DNA of 64,000 nucleotides from Candidatus Poribacteria bacterium (lineage in GTDB: Bacteria > Poribacteria > WGA-4E > PCPOR2b): contig OZ244587.1 in the NCBI GenBank assembly GCA_965218095.1, positions 320,001-384,000 on the forward strand, in the 5' to 3' direction. Position numbers and translations under genes: made by a program. This document shows positions 33,796-43,599 of this stretch, piece by piece. The notes beneath the pieces are model-generated. The model saw only the letters and a program-made list of their open reading frames with translations, was not told the origin of the DNA and made no database searches. The first letter of the stretch is position 1. Every line of letters begins with the position of its first letter.

Positions 33796-34374
33796 TCATT
33801 TTTTGTTCTCTTTTATTTTGTCAGGTTGGTAGCCTTTCAGCGTGACCTTTTTTATTTTATCACCCTTGCGGAGCTGATCGACCACATCTAAACCTTCAAT
33901 CACACGTCCAAAGGTTGTGTACTTCCCCTCAAGATGCTTATAGCGTCTGGAGTCTGGATTCAAACAGATGTAAAATTGGCTTCCTGCGGAATTTGGGTGG
34001 GGCTTTCGTGCCATTGCGACAACACCTTTTTCGTGTCTGGGCATTTTAGACCGAAGTTTGCGATCTTGAAATTCACCATAGATTGTCCACCCAGGCCCCC
34101 CGGTCCCATCCCTTTTGGGGTCGCCACCTTGAATCACGAAGTCGGGTACATAGCGATGAAAAGTGACTCCATCGTAAAACCCTTGTTGGATGAGGGTTGC
34201 GAAATTCTCCACCGTTTTCGGAGCAGCATCAGGGTAGAGCTCAATGACAATCCACCCTTGGGTCGTTTCCAAAATTGTATTCGGTTTCGGTTTTTCCTCC
34301 CCTCCTCCGCAAGTGAGAAGAGCAAAAAGAGCAGCCCATAGCCATAGCGGCTTTCGCACAAGCTGGATTTCCAT
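33796..34374 (-). CDS. Cyclophilin-type peptidyl-prolyl cis-trans isomerase
   Basis: APKTVENF, FHRYVPDFVIQGGDP, SAGSQFYI. Confidence 0.93.
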   Translation of the reverse strand: MEIQLVRKPLWLWAALFALLTCGGGEEKPKPNTILETTQGWIVIELYPDAAPKTVENFATLIQQGFYDGVTFHRYVPDFVIQGGDPKRDGTGGPGWTIYGEFQDRKLRSKMPRHEKGVVAMARKPHPNSAGSQFYICLNPDSRRYKHLEGKYTTFGRVIEGLDVVDQLRKGDKIKKVTLKGYQPDKIKENKK

Positions 34375-34458
34375 CAAACCTTCCTCCGAACAACCACAAA
34401 AACGAACAACCACAAAAAATGTCTAAAACTTCTGGACTTTATTCTGTAAAACGCCTTA

Positions 34459-34487
34459 ATTATACCCCTGAAGCGACAGACAGTCAA
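34459..34487 (-). promoter_or_regulatory. Sigma-70 promoter for the PPIase-KamA operon
   Basis: TTGACT-17 nt-TATAAT on minus strand. Confidence 0.7.
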
Positions 34488-34518
34488 ACGAATTTCTGAA
34501 CATACACGGGCAAAGATC

Positions 34519-34548
34519 TTGACATAGTCCCTGAAGCGGAAGTATAAT
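34519..34548 (+). promoter_or_regulatory. Sigma-70 promoter for the TPR gene
   Basis: TTGACA-18 nt-TATAAT. Confidence 0.75.
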
Positions 34549-34583
34549 GAGTGAACGTAAAATCAAATGAAAGAGGGAAAAAC

Positions 34584-34901
34584 ATGCCAACAAAAGAAGA
34601 ATTTTATGATCAAGCTTTAACGTATTTTGGAAACAATGAACTTGGCGATGCGGTTGCCGGATTCAGTGAGCTTATCAAACATCATCCTGACTACGTTGAT
34701 GGGTATATTGGGCTTGGACACACCTATGAACGGATGGGCAAATACGATGAGGCAATTGAAGCCATTAAAAAAGCAATCGAAATTAACCCAAAAGATCCGC
34801 TCAATTACACCAGCTTGTCGGTCTGTTATCAGCGCAAAGGGATGATTCCTGAAGCGGAAGAGGCAATGGCGAAATCACAGCAGTTGCAGAAGGGAACGTA
34901 A
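34584..34901 (+). CDS. Tetratricopeptide repeat protein
   Basis: TPR pattern LGHTYERMGKYDEAIEAIKKAIEINP. Confidence 0.88.
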   Translation: MPTKEEFYDQALTYFGNNELGDAVAGFSELIKHHPDYVDGYIGLGHTYERMGKYDEAIEAIKKAIEINPKDPLNYTSLSVCYQRKGMIPEAEEAMAKSQQLQKGT

Positions 34902-35114
34902 AACGATGGAAATTTGCAAATAAGCAGCCCTGCTACGCGAGGGATCCGATCCATCGGAGTTCTGCAAATGGACTGGGGAGACCTCACAGGGGACTGAGAA
35001 TTGTTGCGAATTTTTCAAACGGATACAAAAGGCATCCATTGAAGTAACATCTACCGATTCTCTACTCTCTTTGGAAATTTTGGTAAACGAAAAACTAAAT
35101 TTTCCTCTTAATTC

Positions 35115-35143
35115 TTGACGGGCAGACTTTTGTTTGTTATAAT
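35115..35143 (+). promoter_or_regulatory. Sigma-70 promoter
   Basis: TTGACG-17 nt-TATAAT with extended -10. Confidence 0.75.
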
Positions 35144-35182
35144 ATATATAACAGTTCGATAATTTTTAACAGGAGGTATCAA

Positions 35183-35764
35183 ATGGGTGCTTTACAGCAA
35201 ATTGAAACGGCAGCTCAAGAGATTATCAAGATCTGCCAAAAAGAACGAACCAATAAGGCAGATAAGGAGAAGCTGCTCAAGCTTCAAGCAGAGGTTTTCA
35301 CCAATATTGAAAATCTCGTTGAATGCGAGATTTGTGGGTCGATCACAGATCTGATTGTGACAATGACGATAGATCCAGTGACAGCAAAATTATGTAAAGA
35401 TTGTGGGGTAGCAGCACTTGAAGCCGGGAAGATTCAGAAACCGACGACGCGGAGGCGATCTGCCCGATTAAGAAAAAAGAAGGAGTCAACGGTGGTGGCG
35501 CCTGAAGCTGGGCCGGGAGCAGAGGAAGGCCCAGCAACTTCCCCGAAACAGACGGACATAACAGATCTGTATGTAGAGGTGGAGAAGCAAACAAAACTCA
35601 AGAGAACGGAGATTAAACGCCTGCATAAAATCATCCAGGAGATTGCGGGCCCCATGAATCTTGAGAACACTATCCTGTATGTCAAGCACGAGGCTGAACT
35701 TGCGAAATTGAAGATTGAACAAAAGACTTTGAGCAAGGCTGTTGAGTTGTTGATGGCAGCGTAA
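35183..35764 (+). CDS. Hypothetical protein with two CxxC motifs and a basic linker
   Basis: AGGAGG RBS; CEIC...CKDC; RRRSARLRKKK. Confidence 0.8.
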   Translation: MGALQQIETAAQEIIKICQKERTNKADKEKLLKLQAEVFTNIENLVECEICGSITDLIVTMTIDPVTAKLCKDCGVAALEAGKIQKPTTRRRSARLRKKKESTVVAPEAGPGAEEGPATSPKQTDITDLYVEVEKQTKLKRTEIKRLHKIIQEIAGPMNLENTILYVKHEAELAKLKIEQKTLSKAVELLMAA

Positions 35765-35786
35765 AGCGGGGGCTGAAGGAAATGAA

Positions 35787-36528
35787 ATGAGCCGCATTGT
35801 CAGAGTAGAAGTCGGTCTGATTACGTCGTTGTCGGCGAGTTCAAGTTTTTCAAGCCCGGCACCGATGGTCGTGTACGCCATCCTTCCGTCCTGATCCGAT
35901 TGACGGACGAGGATGGCGTACAAGGCTAGGAACAGGTTGTCCACACACACATGTGGACTTATGAAACCGTCGAGACCGTAGAGACCACATTAATCGGCTA
36001 CCTCGCTGAAGCAGTACTTGGTGCAGATGTCGCGGATGCTGACAAAATCCATGCCCTAATGAACCAGGCGATTCGCCCCGCCTTCTCCGTTGGGCAGCCT
36101 TTGTGCAAAGCCGCCGTTGATCTTGCCTGCTACGACCTTATCGGCAAACGAACCGATCATGCCGTCTCCAGCATCCTGGGAGGAAGTCACGTGGACGCCT
36201 TGACGCTCAGTTGGACAGTCGCCTCACCTGAAATGGCCGTTGTGGAGGAGCAACTTGAGCAAGGGCAGTACGTGACTACCACAACTTTAACATCAAAGTC
36301 GGTACACCGCAGACACCGGCATATGACCTCGCGCTGGCGCATAAAGTGCGTGGATATGCGCACGACGGTTTTCTCTGGACGGATGCCAATACCGGTTACA
36401 CGACGGAGATAGCCCTTGAGCTCGCGCCGAAGTTGGCTGACGCTGGCGTTGATGTGCTGGAATCGCCGTTACCGCCGACGCACGGGGGTATCAGGCGCTC
36501 AAACGTCTGGGCACGCTGCCCATCTTGA
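35787..36528 (+). pseudogene. Mandelate racemase/muconate lactonizing enzyme family pseudogene
   Basis: TDEDGVQG*(W), KAAVDLACYDL, WTDANTGY, LESP; frameshifts, TAG 35927, truncated. Confidence 0.85.
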
Positions 36529-36611
36529 TGGATGAGATGGATGGGCAACCGCAAATCGGCGGCGAGGACTTCATCGCCGGTTGGGTTGTATGAAAACGGA
36601 AGGAGAAGGTC

Positions 36612-37529
36612 ATGGCAACGGTGCAAAAGGACGGTTCCGTGTTACACATTGAAACCGATTGTTATCATGCCGCCGTGCAGACGGAAGGCTATGTCAGCGG
36701 CGTGATGGCAGAGAGTTTCGTAGATAAGCGCACAGGCGCTCGTGACCTGGGCTTCGGTTCGGCCATCGTGGATTTTTTGCTGGAGCCGGGCGTAGACAAT
36801 GAAACAACACCGCCAGCGTTGCGTTATCATTGGGGCAACGCCGTGCATGGTCATATTCTCAAGCGTTATGTGGCGTTACCGCAGATCTGCACCCGGGCGA
36901 AAAAGTTGCCCTTTGAAATCGTGGAAGGCGAAGACTTCGCCGCCGTGCGGCAATGGTTCACATGGGATATCACTCGTCCGCCCTATAAAACGGGCTCGCG
37001 CTGGGAGCAGTGGCTTGTTTTCCCGGACAGCGTCCGTTGGTTCTTCGCTTACGACAAAGTGACCAGCGTCAACGCGGTGGATTCTCTGTTGCTGCGGATG
37101 GACATGCCGGGGCATCTCAAGCATCAGCACGGTGATACTTTTGAGCAAATTTATCTGAGCTATCACGGCTGCATCCCGTCGGGTGCGTTTGCCGATGACT
37201 TTCCTCCTGATGGACGTTACTTCTATCAGCGAAAGGCGGGCAAAGCGCTGAAACAGTTTATTCGCGCGTATCAGTTGCGCAACGGCGTCTGGTTGGCAGG
37301 GATGGCGTTAGAACCGTCGGTGGTTTACGAAGCGTGGTGCCATCAGCGTGGCTATGTTTGCTTCATTCAGGAAATCGGTGGCTGGCAGGTGCACGCCGGT
37401 GACAGCTTTGGCGCCGTACACTTGGTCGGCTTCTTTGAAGACATCGCCGGGATGGAGCGCACCTTTAACGCTCACAGAGGCGCAACAACGCTACGGGTGG
37501 AAAGAGATCAGTGGCGGTTGGAAAGCTAA
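36612..37529 (+). CDS. Hypothetical protein
   Basis: 305-aa ORF with AGGAG RBS. Confidence 0.8.
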   Translation: MATVQKDGSVLHIETDCYHAAVQTEGYVSGVMAESFVDKRTGARDLGFGSAIVDFLLEPGVDNETTPPALRYHWGNAVHGHILKRYVALPQICTRAKKLPFEIVEGEDFAAVRQWFTWDITRPPYKTGSRWEQWLVFPDSVRWFFAYDKVTSVNAVDSLLLRMDMPGHLKHQHGDTFEQIYLSYHGCIPSGAFADDFPPDGRYFYQRKAGKALKQFIRAYQLRNGVWLAGMALEPSVVYEAWCHQRGYVCFIQEIGGWQVHAGDSFGAVHLVGFFEDIAGMERTFNAHRGATTLRVERDQWRLES

Positions 37530-37584
37530 AAATGATTCAATTAATCTGATTTGTCCTTTGATAAGGGAAGAAAGGTGAGAAAAT

Positions 37585-38520
37585 ATGACACAACAACGCA
37601 AAGTTTACCTCAACGGTGAGTTTGTATCCGAAGCCGATGCGAAGGTCTCCATTTTCGACTCGGCGCTGCTGTTCGGCGACATGGTGTTCGAGATGACGCG
37701 GACTTTCAACGGTAAGCCGCACCGGCTGCGCGATCACCTCGAAAGGCTTTATGTGGGACTCAAGATTCTTGAAATTGACTGCGGGCTGACGATTGACGAG
37801 ATGGAGGATGCTACGCTTCAAACGATAGAGATAAACCGTCCATGTTTCCCCGATGGCGCAGATTTTCAAATTATGCACAACGTTTCGCGCGGCGCGCTCG
37901 GGGTCTACCAGTCGGCTTTTCCTGAAGGCTCGCCCCGAACAATCTCCATCAACTGCTGGCCCCTGACGTGGCATGTTGCCGCTGTTGCCGACGCTTATGA
38001 TACAGGCGTCCACGCCGTCATCCCGCCGCAGTGCTCTGTGCCCGCACGTTTGATTGACCCAAAGATCAAAAACCGCAGTCGTGTCTACTATCAGGTCGCC
38101 AACCTGCAAGCACGTAAGGTAGACCCGAAGGCGATGGCGTTGATGACTGATGAGGATGGATTCATCACCGAGGGAACGGGCGCCAATTTCTTTATCGTTA
38201 AGGACGGTGAACTGTTTACGCCGGAGCCGCGCAATATCCTGCGTGGTGTGACCCGGCAGGCAGTCATGGAGTTAGCCGCAGACATAGGGATAAATTGTTA
38301 TGAACGTAACCTGGAGGCTTACGATGTGGCAACAGCGGATGAAGCCTTCTTCACCACCACGCCGTTTGTAATGCTGCCCGTAACACGGTTCAACGGACTG
38401 AAGGTTGGAACGGGAGCAGTTGGTCCCGTAATGCGACACCTGCTGAACGTCTGGAGTGAGATAGTCGACGTGGACATCGTTGCACAAGCGAAGCGGTATA
38501 CAAAGGATGTAAAAAACTAA
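37585..38520 (+). CDS. Class IV aminotransferase (branched-chain/D-amino acid type)
   Basis: HLERL, PKIKNRSR, EGTGANFF, ILRGVTR, DEAFFT. Confidence 0.92.
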   Translation: MTQQRKVYLNGEFVSEADAKVSIFDSALLFGDMVFEMTRTFNGKPHRLRDHLERLYVGLKILEIDCGLTIDEMEDATLQTIEINRPCFPDGADFQIMHNVSRGALGVYQSAFPEGSPRTISINCWPLTWHVAAVADAYDTGVHAVIPPQCSVPARLIDPKIKNRSRVYYQVANLQARKVDPKAMALMTDEDGFITEGTGANFFIVKDGELFTPEPRNILRGVTRQAVMELAADIGINCYERNLEAYDVATADEAFFTTTPFVMLPVTRFNGLKVGTGAVGPVMRHLLNVWSEIVDVDIVAQAKRYTKDVKN

Positions 38521-38576
38521 TGCTTTTGAGTTGATGAATGCGAAGGGTATGTGATATACCACCATTTCCTCACTTG

Positions 38577-38607
38577 TTACTAGCGTGAAAAGTTTCAACC
38601 GGTTCAA
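38577..38607 (-). repeat. Inverted copy of the 31-bp repeat at 13732
   Basis: TTACTAGCGTGAAAAGTTTCAACCGGTTCAA. Confidence 0.9.
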
Positions 38608-38965
38608 TGAATAAACGGCAAGTCGTCATGCTCGGACTTAGCTTTAAACCCGGCACCGACGACTTGCGTGAAAGTCCCCTGGTGCGTTTGGCTGATACAT
38701 TAATCGCAAGGGCTTCCACCTGCAGATCTATGATGAGGAAGTGTCTCTCTCAAATTTGTATGGGCGGAATCGGGAGTACATTGAAGGGGTTTTGCCGCAT
38801 ATCAATGAACTTTTAAGTACAGAACTCAAGGAGGTATTGCGCGAAGCAGAGGTATTGATTGTTGGTAAACGCCAGACGCAGGTCGAAATCATCCGTTCTC
38901 AGTTACGTCCCGAACAGGTCATCATTGATCTTGTGCCGATGGGGGACTGGCATCCCGCAGGGTAG
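38607..38965 (+). pseudogene. C-terminal fragment of a nucleotide-sugar (GDP-mannose/UDP-glucose) dehydrogenase
   Basis: LGLSFKPGTDDLRESP, GRNREYIE; frameshift near 38710; 5' part missing. Confidence 0.85.
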
Positions 38966-39127
38966 GTATCTGGTATAGACATTCATTCTATGGTCACCGC
39001 ATCGCAGTTGTAGCGGTAAATTGCCGTTAAACTTTCTGGTTGTCAGCGCATCAGTCCGTAAGAGTCAAAACCTTCGGAAGGTTAGGAATCATCTCTTTTG
39101 TTGGGAGCAACCAGCGTGGAGGTAGCA

Positions 39128-40217
39128 TGTGTACCGTCATTATGGCAGGAGGCAAAAGCACTCGCCTTTGGTCTCTGAGTACGAAAGACAATCCCAAACA
39201 ACTATTATCTCTGGTGGGTAATTCCAGCTTAATTCAACAGACGGTGGCTCGCATCGCTCCACTCGTACCGCCACAGGCTGTTTATGTCGTTACTGGAAAA
39301 CCCCTGGAATCAGGAACAAGGCAGCACCTTCCTGGCCTTCCACAGCAGAATATCATCGTGGAACCTGTCAGACGAAACACCCTGCCATGTATTGGTCTAG
39401 CTGCCCTTCATCTGAGCAAACAAAAGGGCGATGATGCAGTGATGGTCGTGCTGCCCGCCGACAGTGTCATCCAGCATCAGGAGTGATTCCATCAGCTTTT
39501 ACAATATGCCGAAAATATTGCGGCAAGCGATAATGTGTTAATCATCTTTGTCCCCCCACGCGAGCTGAAACCGGATATGGTTACATCCATTTCGGTAAAG
39601 TCCTTCATACACAGGATGGTCTCCAGGCCTTCCAGGTGTGTGAGTTCGTGGAAAAACCGGACATGAAGACCGCAGAGCAGTACCTGAAGGACGGAAAATA
39701 CCTCTGGAATAGTGGGATGTTTGTATGGCGGGTTGATGTGATTCTCGATGCTATCAGGACGTATCAGCCTTGCATTTATCAGAAACTAATGGAGGTAGAC
39801 AAGGCTATCGGAACCGAAAGCGAGACTGAGGCGATATATAGCGCCTACTCTCAGATGGAAAGCGTCTCTATCGATTATGGGGTGATGGAAAAGGCGGAGA
39901 ATATGCTTGTGGTTCCTGCAGATATTGGATGGGATGATGTCGGAAGCTGGGCCGCCATGCGCGAGCTATTTGAACGGGATGCCTCTGGAAACGCCGTACA
40001 TGGAAAACACCTGGGAATAGATACACGAAATTGCGTCATTTATAATCGGGCTGCTTTGAGTCCCGATTCCATCGGGGACAAACTGATTGCCACCATTGGG
40101 GTAAGCGACCTCGTCATCGTAGAATCCGAGCATGCGGTATTGGTCTGCTCCATCGAACGCGCACAAGAGGTCAAGGACCTGGTTGATAAGCTCGAAGAAG
40201 GACTGAGCTCAAGTTAG
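39128..40217 (+). pseudogene. manC: Mannose-1-phosphate guanylyltransferase pseudogene
   Basis: IMAGG..TRLW, PKQ, FVEKP, WNSGMF, SIDYGVMEK, GWDDVGSW; TGA 39484 and frameshift near 39550. Confidence 0.88.
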
Positions 40218-40609
40218 GTTGAATGCGGCGTCTTTGTACCAAACCGCCCCCCCTCAATTAATTTGATGGCTTATCGTTATTGTTGGTCGATATTCCAAAA
40301 TCGACATCTTTCCCATCAAGATACCCCTTTATCATATTGTTGAGGTAGTCAGTCAATATGCGGAAATTTGTGTCCAAGTACATAACTTCAAAGGTACAAA
40401 GATTGATGGTAGAATCACCAATCAAGTATTCTCTTTTAGACTCGAAATTCAAAGAAGGCGACACACCCTCTAAGATAAGGCGATAATGTATAAACCTGAA
40501 GGCTTGGCATCGAAAACCATGACTGAGTTACAAAACCAGGAGAATAGGAAGTTAGCCTGAGTTAAGGAAATACTCCACAAATCTCTATACGTTTCACATT
40601 TCACGCACC

Positions 40610-43063
40610 ATGAAAATCCAACGCGATCTCACAACGATTCTCTATATTCTCGCATCAGGAATGTACCTCATCATCGGGGCGCGGAGCTTCGCAAGAGCAC
40701 CGGATACGCCTGAGACCAGCTACTTCTACCTGCTCGGCCTGATCACATGGGTACTTGCGACACTTGTATGGATGCAACAGCCGGAAAACCGTGCGGTGCG
40801 AATCTCCTACCTGATGAGTATCGGATTTCTAAGCATCTGCTCGGTTGACGCAACCTTCTCGATCTATGAGGGGACGTTGAGCAGTCGAATTGTGCCGATT
40901 GCCCAGTTTTTAGCGGCGACGATCTTGCCCTGCCTTTTTCTGCACTGCTTTCTCATCTTTCCCGCAGAGAAAAAAAACGTTCAGCGTCATGCGTGGCTGT
41001 TGAGAGTGGTCTACGTTCCGGGGATTGCTCTGTGCCTCGCAATGTTCTTCTATTATCTGCGTGGAAATGACTACTCACGTGACTTCTTCCTGGTGCAATT
41101 ACCACCGCTGGAAGGTATCACCAGCGGCTTCCTCTTTTCCTATTCGCTGGCGGGTCAATTGCTTCTTTTGCACACCTGCTTTGATGCACCCTCCGCTTCC
41201 CAACGCCGTCAGGCACGATGGATGCTGCTTGGCATTGCTGCGGGGACGCTCCCACAAGCTATCTTCACGACGATTCCGAAGGTTTCGGAAGTTTCTATTC
41301 CCTATTTCCGTGTCTCCGCTTACACACTATGCCTCATCCCGATCTGCTACGTTGTGGCAATCATCCGGCACCGGTTGATGAATATCGAATTGATCATCAA
41401 TCGCAGTGTTGTATATACCCTTGTCAGTGGATTTGCGCTGGTGATGTACCTGTTGAGCATACTGGGACTTACGAGGCTTTTCCACACAGCGCCGCGTTCA
41501 TGGGCAGTGACGGCTGTATCCGTCCTCATTGCCGCGGTCCTCTTTGCGCCTGCCAAGACGCGCATTCAGAATTTGATTAATCGAGCGTTTGATCGTGAAG
41601 CATATAATTATCGCCAAACACTTTTAGCGCTGAGTCAAACGCTCCACTCGATTCTCGACCTAGAAATACTGGTTGACACCTTGCTCCGTCAGGTGACCGG
41701 GTCAATGCACATCAGTCGAGGCGTTGTGATGCAGCGCGTATCAGGCAGTGGGTCAAAGTTTGTTCCAGAGGCAACTGTTGAGATCGATTCCCTACCCGAT
41801 GGGTTGCAGTTGACGCTATCCCCATCGCTGCTAGATCTGTTGAAAAAGACGGAGAAGCCACTCGATTTCTCAGATCAGCCACTTGAAGAGAACAACGTTC
41901 AAGTACTCGAAGGCAGTGGACAACCACATCAGCTTGCCTCCACAGGTTTTGCAGATTCAGAACAGGTTGACGATTTCATCACCTTTCTCCAATCTGCGGT
42001 ATGGATTCCGTTTGTGACGCGAACGAAGGAACAGGAGAATCTGGTAGGGCTACTTGTGCTTGGGCAAAAGCTGTCGGATGAGCCGTACACCCAAACAGAC
42101 CTCGCACTGCTTGGCACGCTTGCGCATCAGGGGGCAACTGCGGTCGAAAATGCGACGCTTTATGCCCAGTTGAGCACACGGACGAAGGTAATGGAGATAG
42201 CACGCAAGCAATTGATGGCGACCTATTTGGACACCTACGGTGGTACAATGCCGAAGACAACAAGTCAAGCGAATCGCCATCCCCAATCGCAGATCGGGGG
42301 TGGCGATTCGGTTTCAGATTTTAACAATATTGCGACTGCCCTCAAGGAGAGCCATGATCGGCTCAGACAGTTGGACACCCTCAAATCTCAGTTTCTGGAT
42401 AACGTATCCCACGAGCTGCGAACGCCATTGACGCATATCAAAGGATTTGTGGATAACCTGATTGACGGTGTTGGTGGGGAGCTTTCAGAAAAACAGGGGA
42501 GATACCTCCTGCGCGTGATGGATAATTGCGATCGGCTCATTCGGTTGATCAATAATCTCTTGGACCTTTCACGGATCGAGTCCGGCAAGATTTCACTGCA
42601 GCTTGAGCCAACACGATTGTACCCGATTCTTGAGGCGGCAATTGTGGGCATTCAGCCGATGGCGGACGGAAAACAGATTCAAGTCAATTTGGATTGTCAT
42701 CCGGACGCAATCGCCCTGATGGATGCTGACAAGATGGGGCAGATTATGACAAATCTGCTCGATAACGCCGTCAAGTATACCGAAAACGGTGGACGTATCA
42801 GCGTCAGTGAAACTACCCTATCGGATTGGGAGCTTCAAATCTGTGTTGAAGACACGGGCATCGGTATTGCCCAGGCGGAACTCGATTTGATTTTTGATCG
42901 CTTTCATCGAGTCACAGACTCCAAAAGCAGCGAAATCGGCGGCATCGGCTTAGGGCTACCGATAGTGAAAAACCTCGTCGAACTCCACGGCGGCAGCGTA
43001 TGGGCAGAGAGCGAACTTGGCAAGGGAAGTCGCTTCTATATTACCTTAAAGCGTGAGAAGTGA
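40610..43063 (+). CDS. Membrane sensor histidine kinase with GAF domain
   Basis: Many TM helices, GAF-like segment, SHELRTPL, NLLDNAVKY, DTGIG, GIGLGL. Confidence 0.93.
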   Translation: MKIQRDLTTILYILASGMYLIIGARSFARAPDTPETSYFYLLGLITWVLATLVWMQQPENRAVRISYLMSIGFLSICSVDATFSIYEGTLSSRIVPIAQFLAATILPCLFLHCFLIFPAEKKNVQRHAWLLRVVYVPGIALCLAMFFYYLRGNDYSRDFFLVQLPPLEGITSGFLFSYSLAGQLLLLHTCFDAPSASQRRQARWMLLGIAAGTLPQAIFTTIPKVSEVSIPYFRVSAYTLCLIPICYVVAIIRHRLMNIELIINRSVVYTLVSGFALVMYLLSILGLTRLFHTAPRSWAVTAVSVLIAAVLFAPAKTRIQNLINRAFDREAYNYRQTLLALSQTLHSILDLEILVDTLLRQVTGSMHISRGVVMQRVSGSGSKFVPEATVEIDSLPDGLQLTLSPSLLDLLKKTEKPLDFSDQPLEENNVQVLEGSGQPHQLASTGFADSEQVDDFITFLQSAVWIPFVTRTKEQENLVGLLVLGQKLSDEPYTQTDLALLGTLAHQGATAVENATLYAQLSTRTKVMEIARKQLMATYLDTYGGTMPKTTSQANRHPQSQIGGGDSVSDFNNIATALKESHDRLRQLDTLKSQFLDNVSHELRTPLTHIKGFVDNLIDGVGGELSEKQGRYLLRVMDNCDRLIRLINNLLDLSRIESGKISLQLEPTRLYPILEAAIVGIQPMADGKQIQVNLDCHPDAIALMDADKMGQIMTNLLDNAVKYTENGGRISVSETTLSDWELQICVEDTGIGIAQAELDLIFDRFHRVTDSKSSEIGGIGLGLPIVKNLVELHGGSVWAESELGKGSRFYITLKREK

Positions 43064-43117
43064 TGGGTGAAGCGTAAAGGGATTGATTCGTTTATTCGCA
43101 GATTGCCAGTGTCAACC

Positions 43118-43216
43118 TAACCTTCGGAAGGTTTGTCGCTCGATTTAACTCATCTGTAGAAGGGCAACCCACACAGCCACTGCAACGAGAATTAGAAATG
43201 GAACCTCACGAAGGTT
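43118..43216. repeat. AACCTT(C/G)GAAGGTT palindromic repeat pair (relatives at about 9456-9488 and 39069-39083)
   Basis: AACCTTCGGAAGGTT and AACCTCACGAAGGTT. Confidence 0.6.
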
Positions 43217-43236
43217 GACCCGGTAAGAAGACAGCT

Positions 43237-43578
43237 ATGAATCTATTCGTTTACGGCACGCTAAAAGATCGGGAATTCATCCAATCGCTGCTGAAGCGCA
43301 CATTCGGCGAGCCGGTGGAGGCGATAATGCCCGGATTCACAACTGTTATCTCTAAATGGGGATACTCTGTGATGGCCCCCGATGAAAATTCGAGCGTCGA
43401 AGGAATCGTTTGGCAGGGACTAACGGCTCAAGATTTTACGGTTTTGGATAGGTACGAAGGCTGTGATGTTGAGACACCTGTATATCAGCGGGAGAAACGG
43501 ACAGTCATTATTGAGGGCAAAGCGGAAGAGGTGTGGGCGTATTTTGGCACCTCGGTGTTTTTAATGCAGATTCGTTAA
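43237..43578 (+). CDS. Gamma-glutamylcyclotransferase family protein
   Basis: LFVYGTL, LDRYEG. Confidence 0.88.
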   Translation: MNLFVYGTLKDREFIQSLLKRTFGEPVEAIMPGFTTVISKWGYSVMAPDENSSVEGIVWQGLTAQDFTVLDRYEGCDVETPVYQREKRTVIIEGKAEEVWAYFGTSVFLMQIR

Positions 43579-43599
43579 GTTCAATTAGAAGGGGAAACG

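Noticed and set aside
34925-35000. Possible riboswitch or sRNA after the TPR gene
   Set aside because: Short hairpins only; no family motif recognised.
40216-40500. AT-rich ORF fragment with a possible attC stub (similar stub near 55863-55886)
   Set aside because: Only a partial core is visible, without a paired palindrome; too weak to call.
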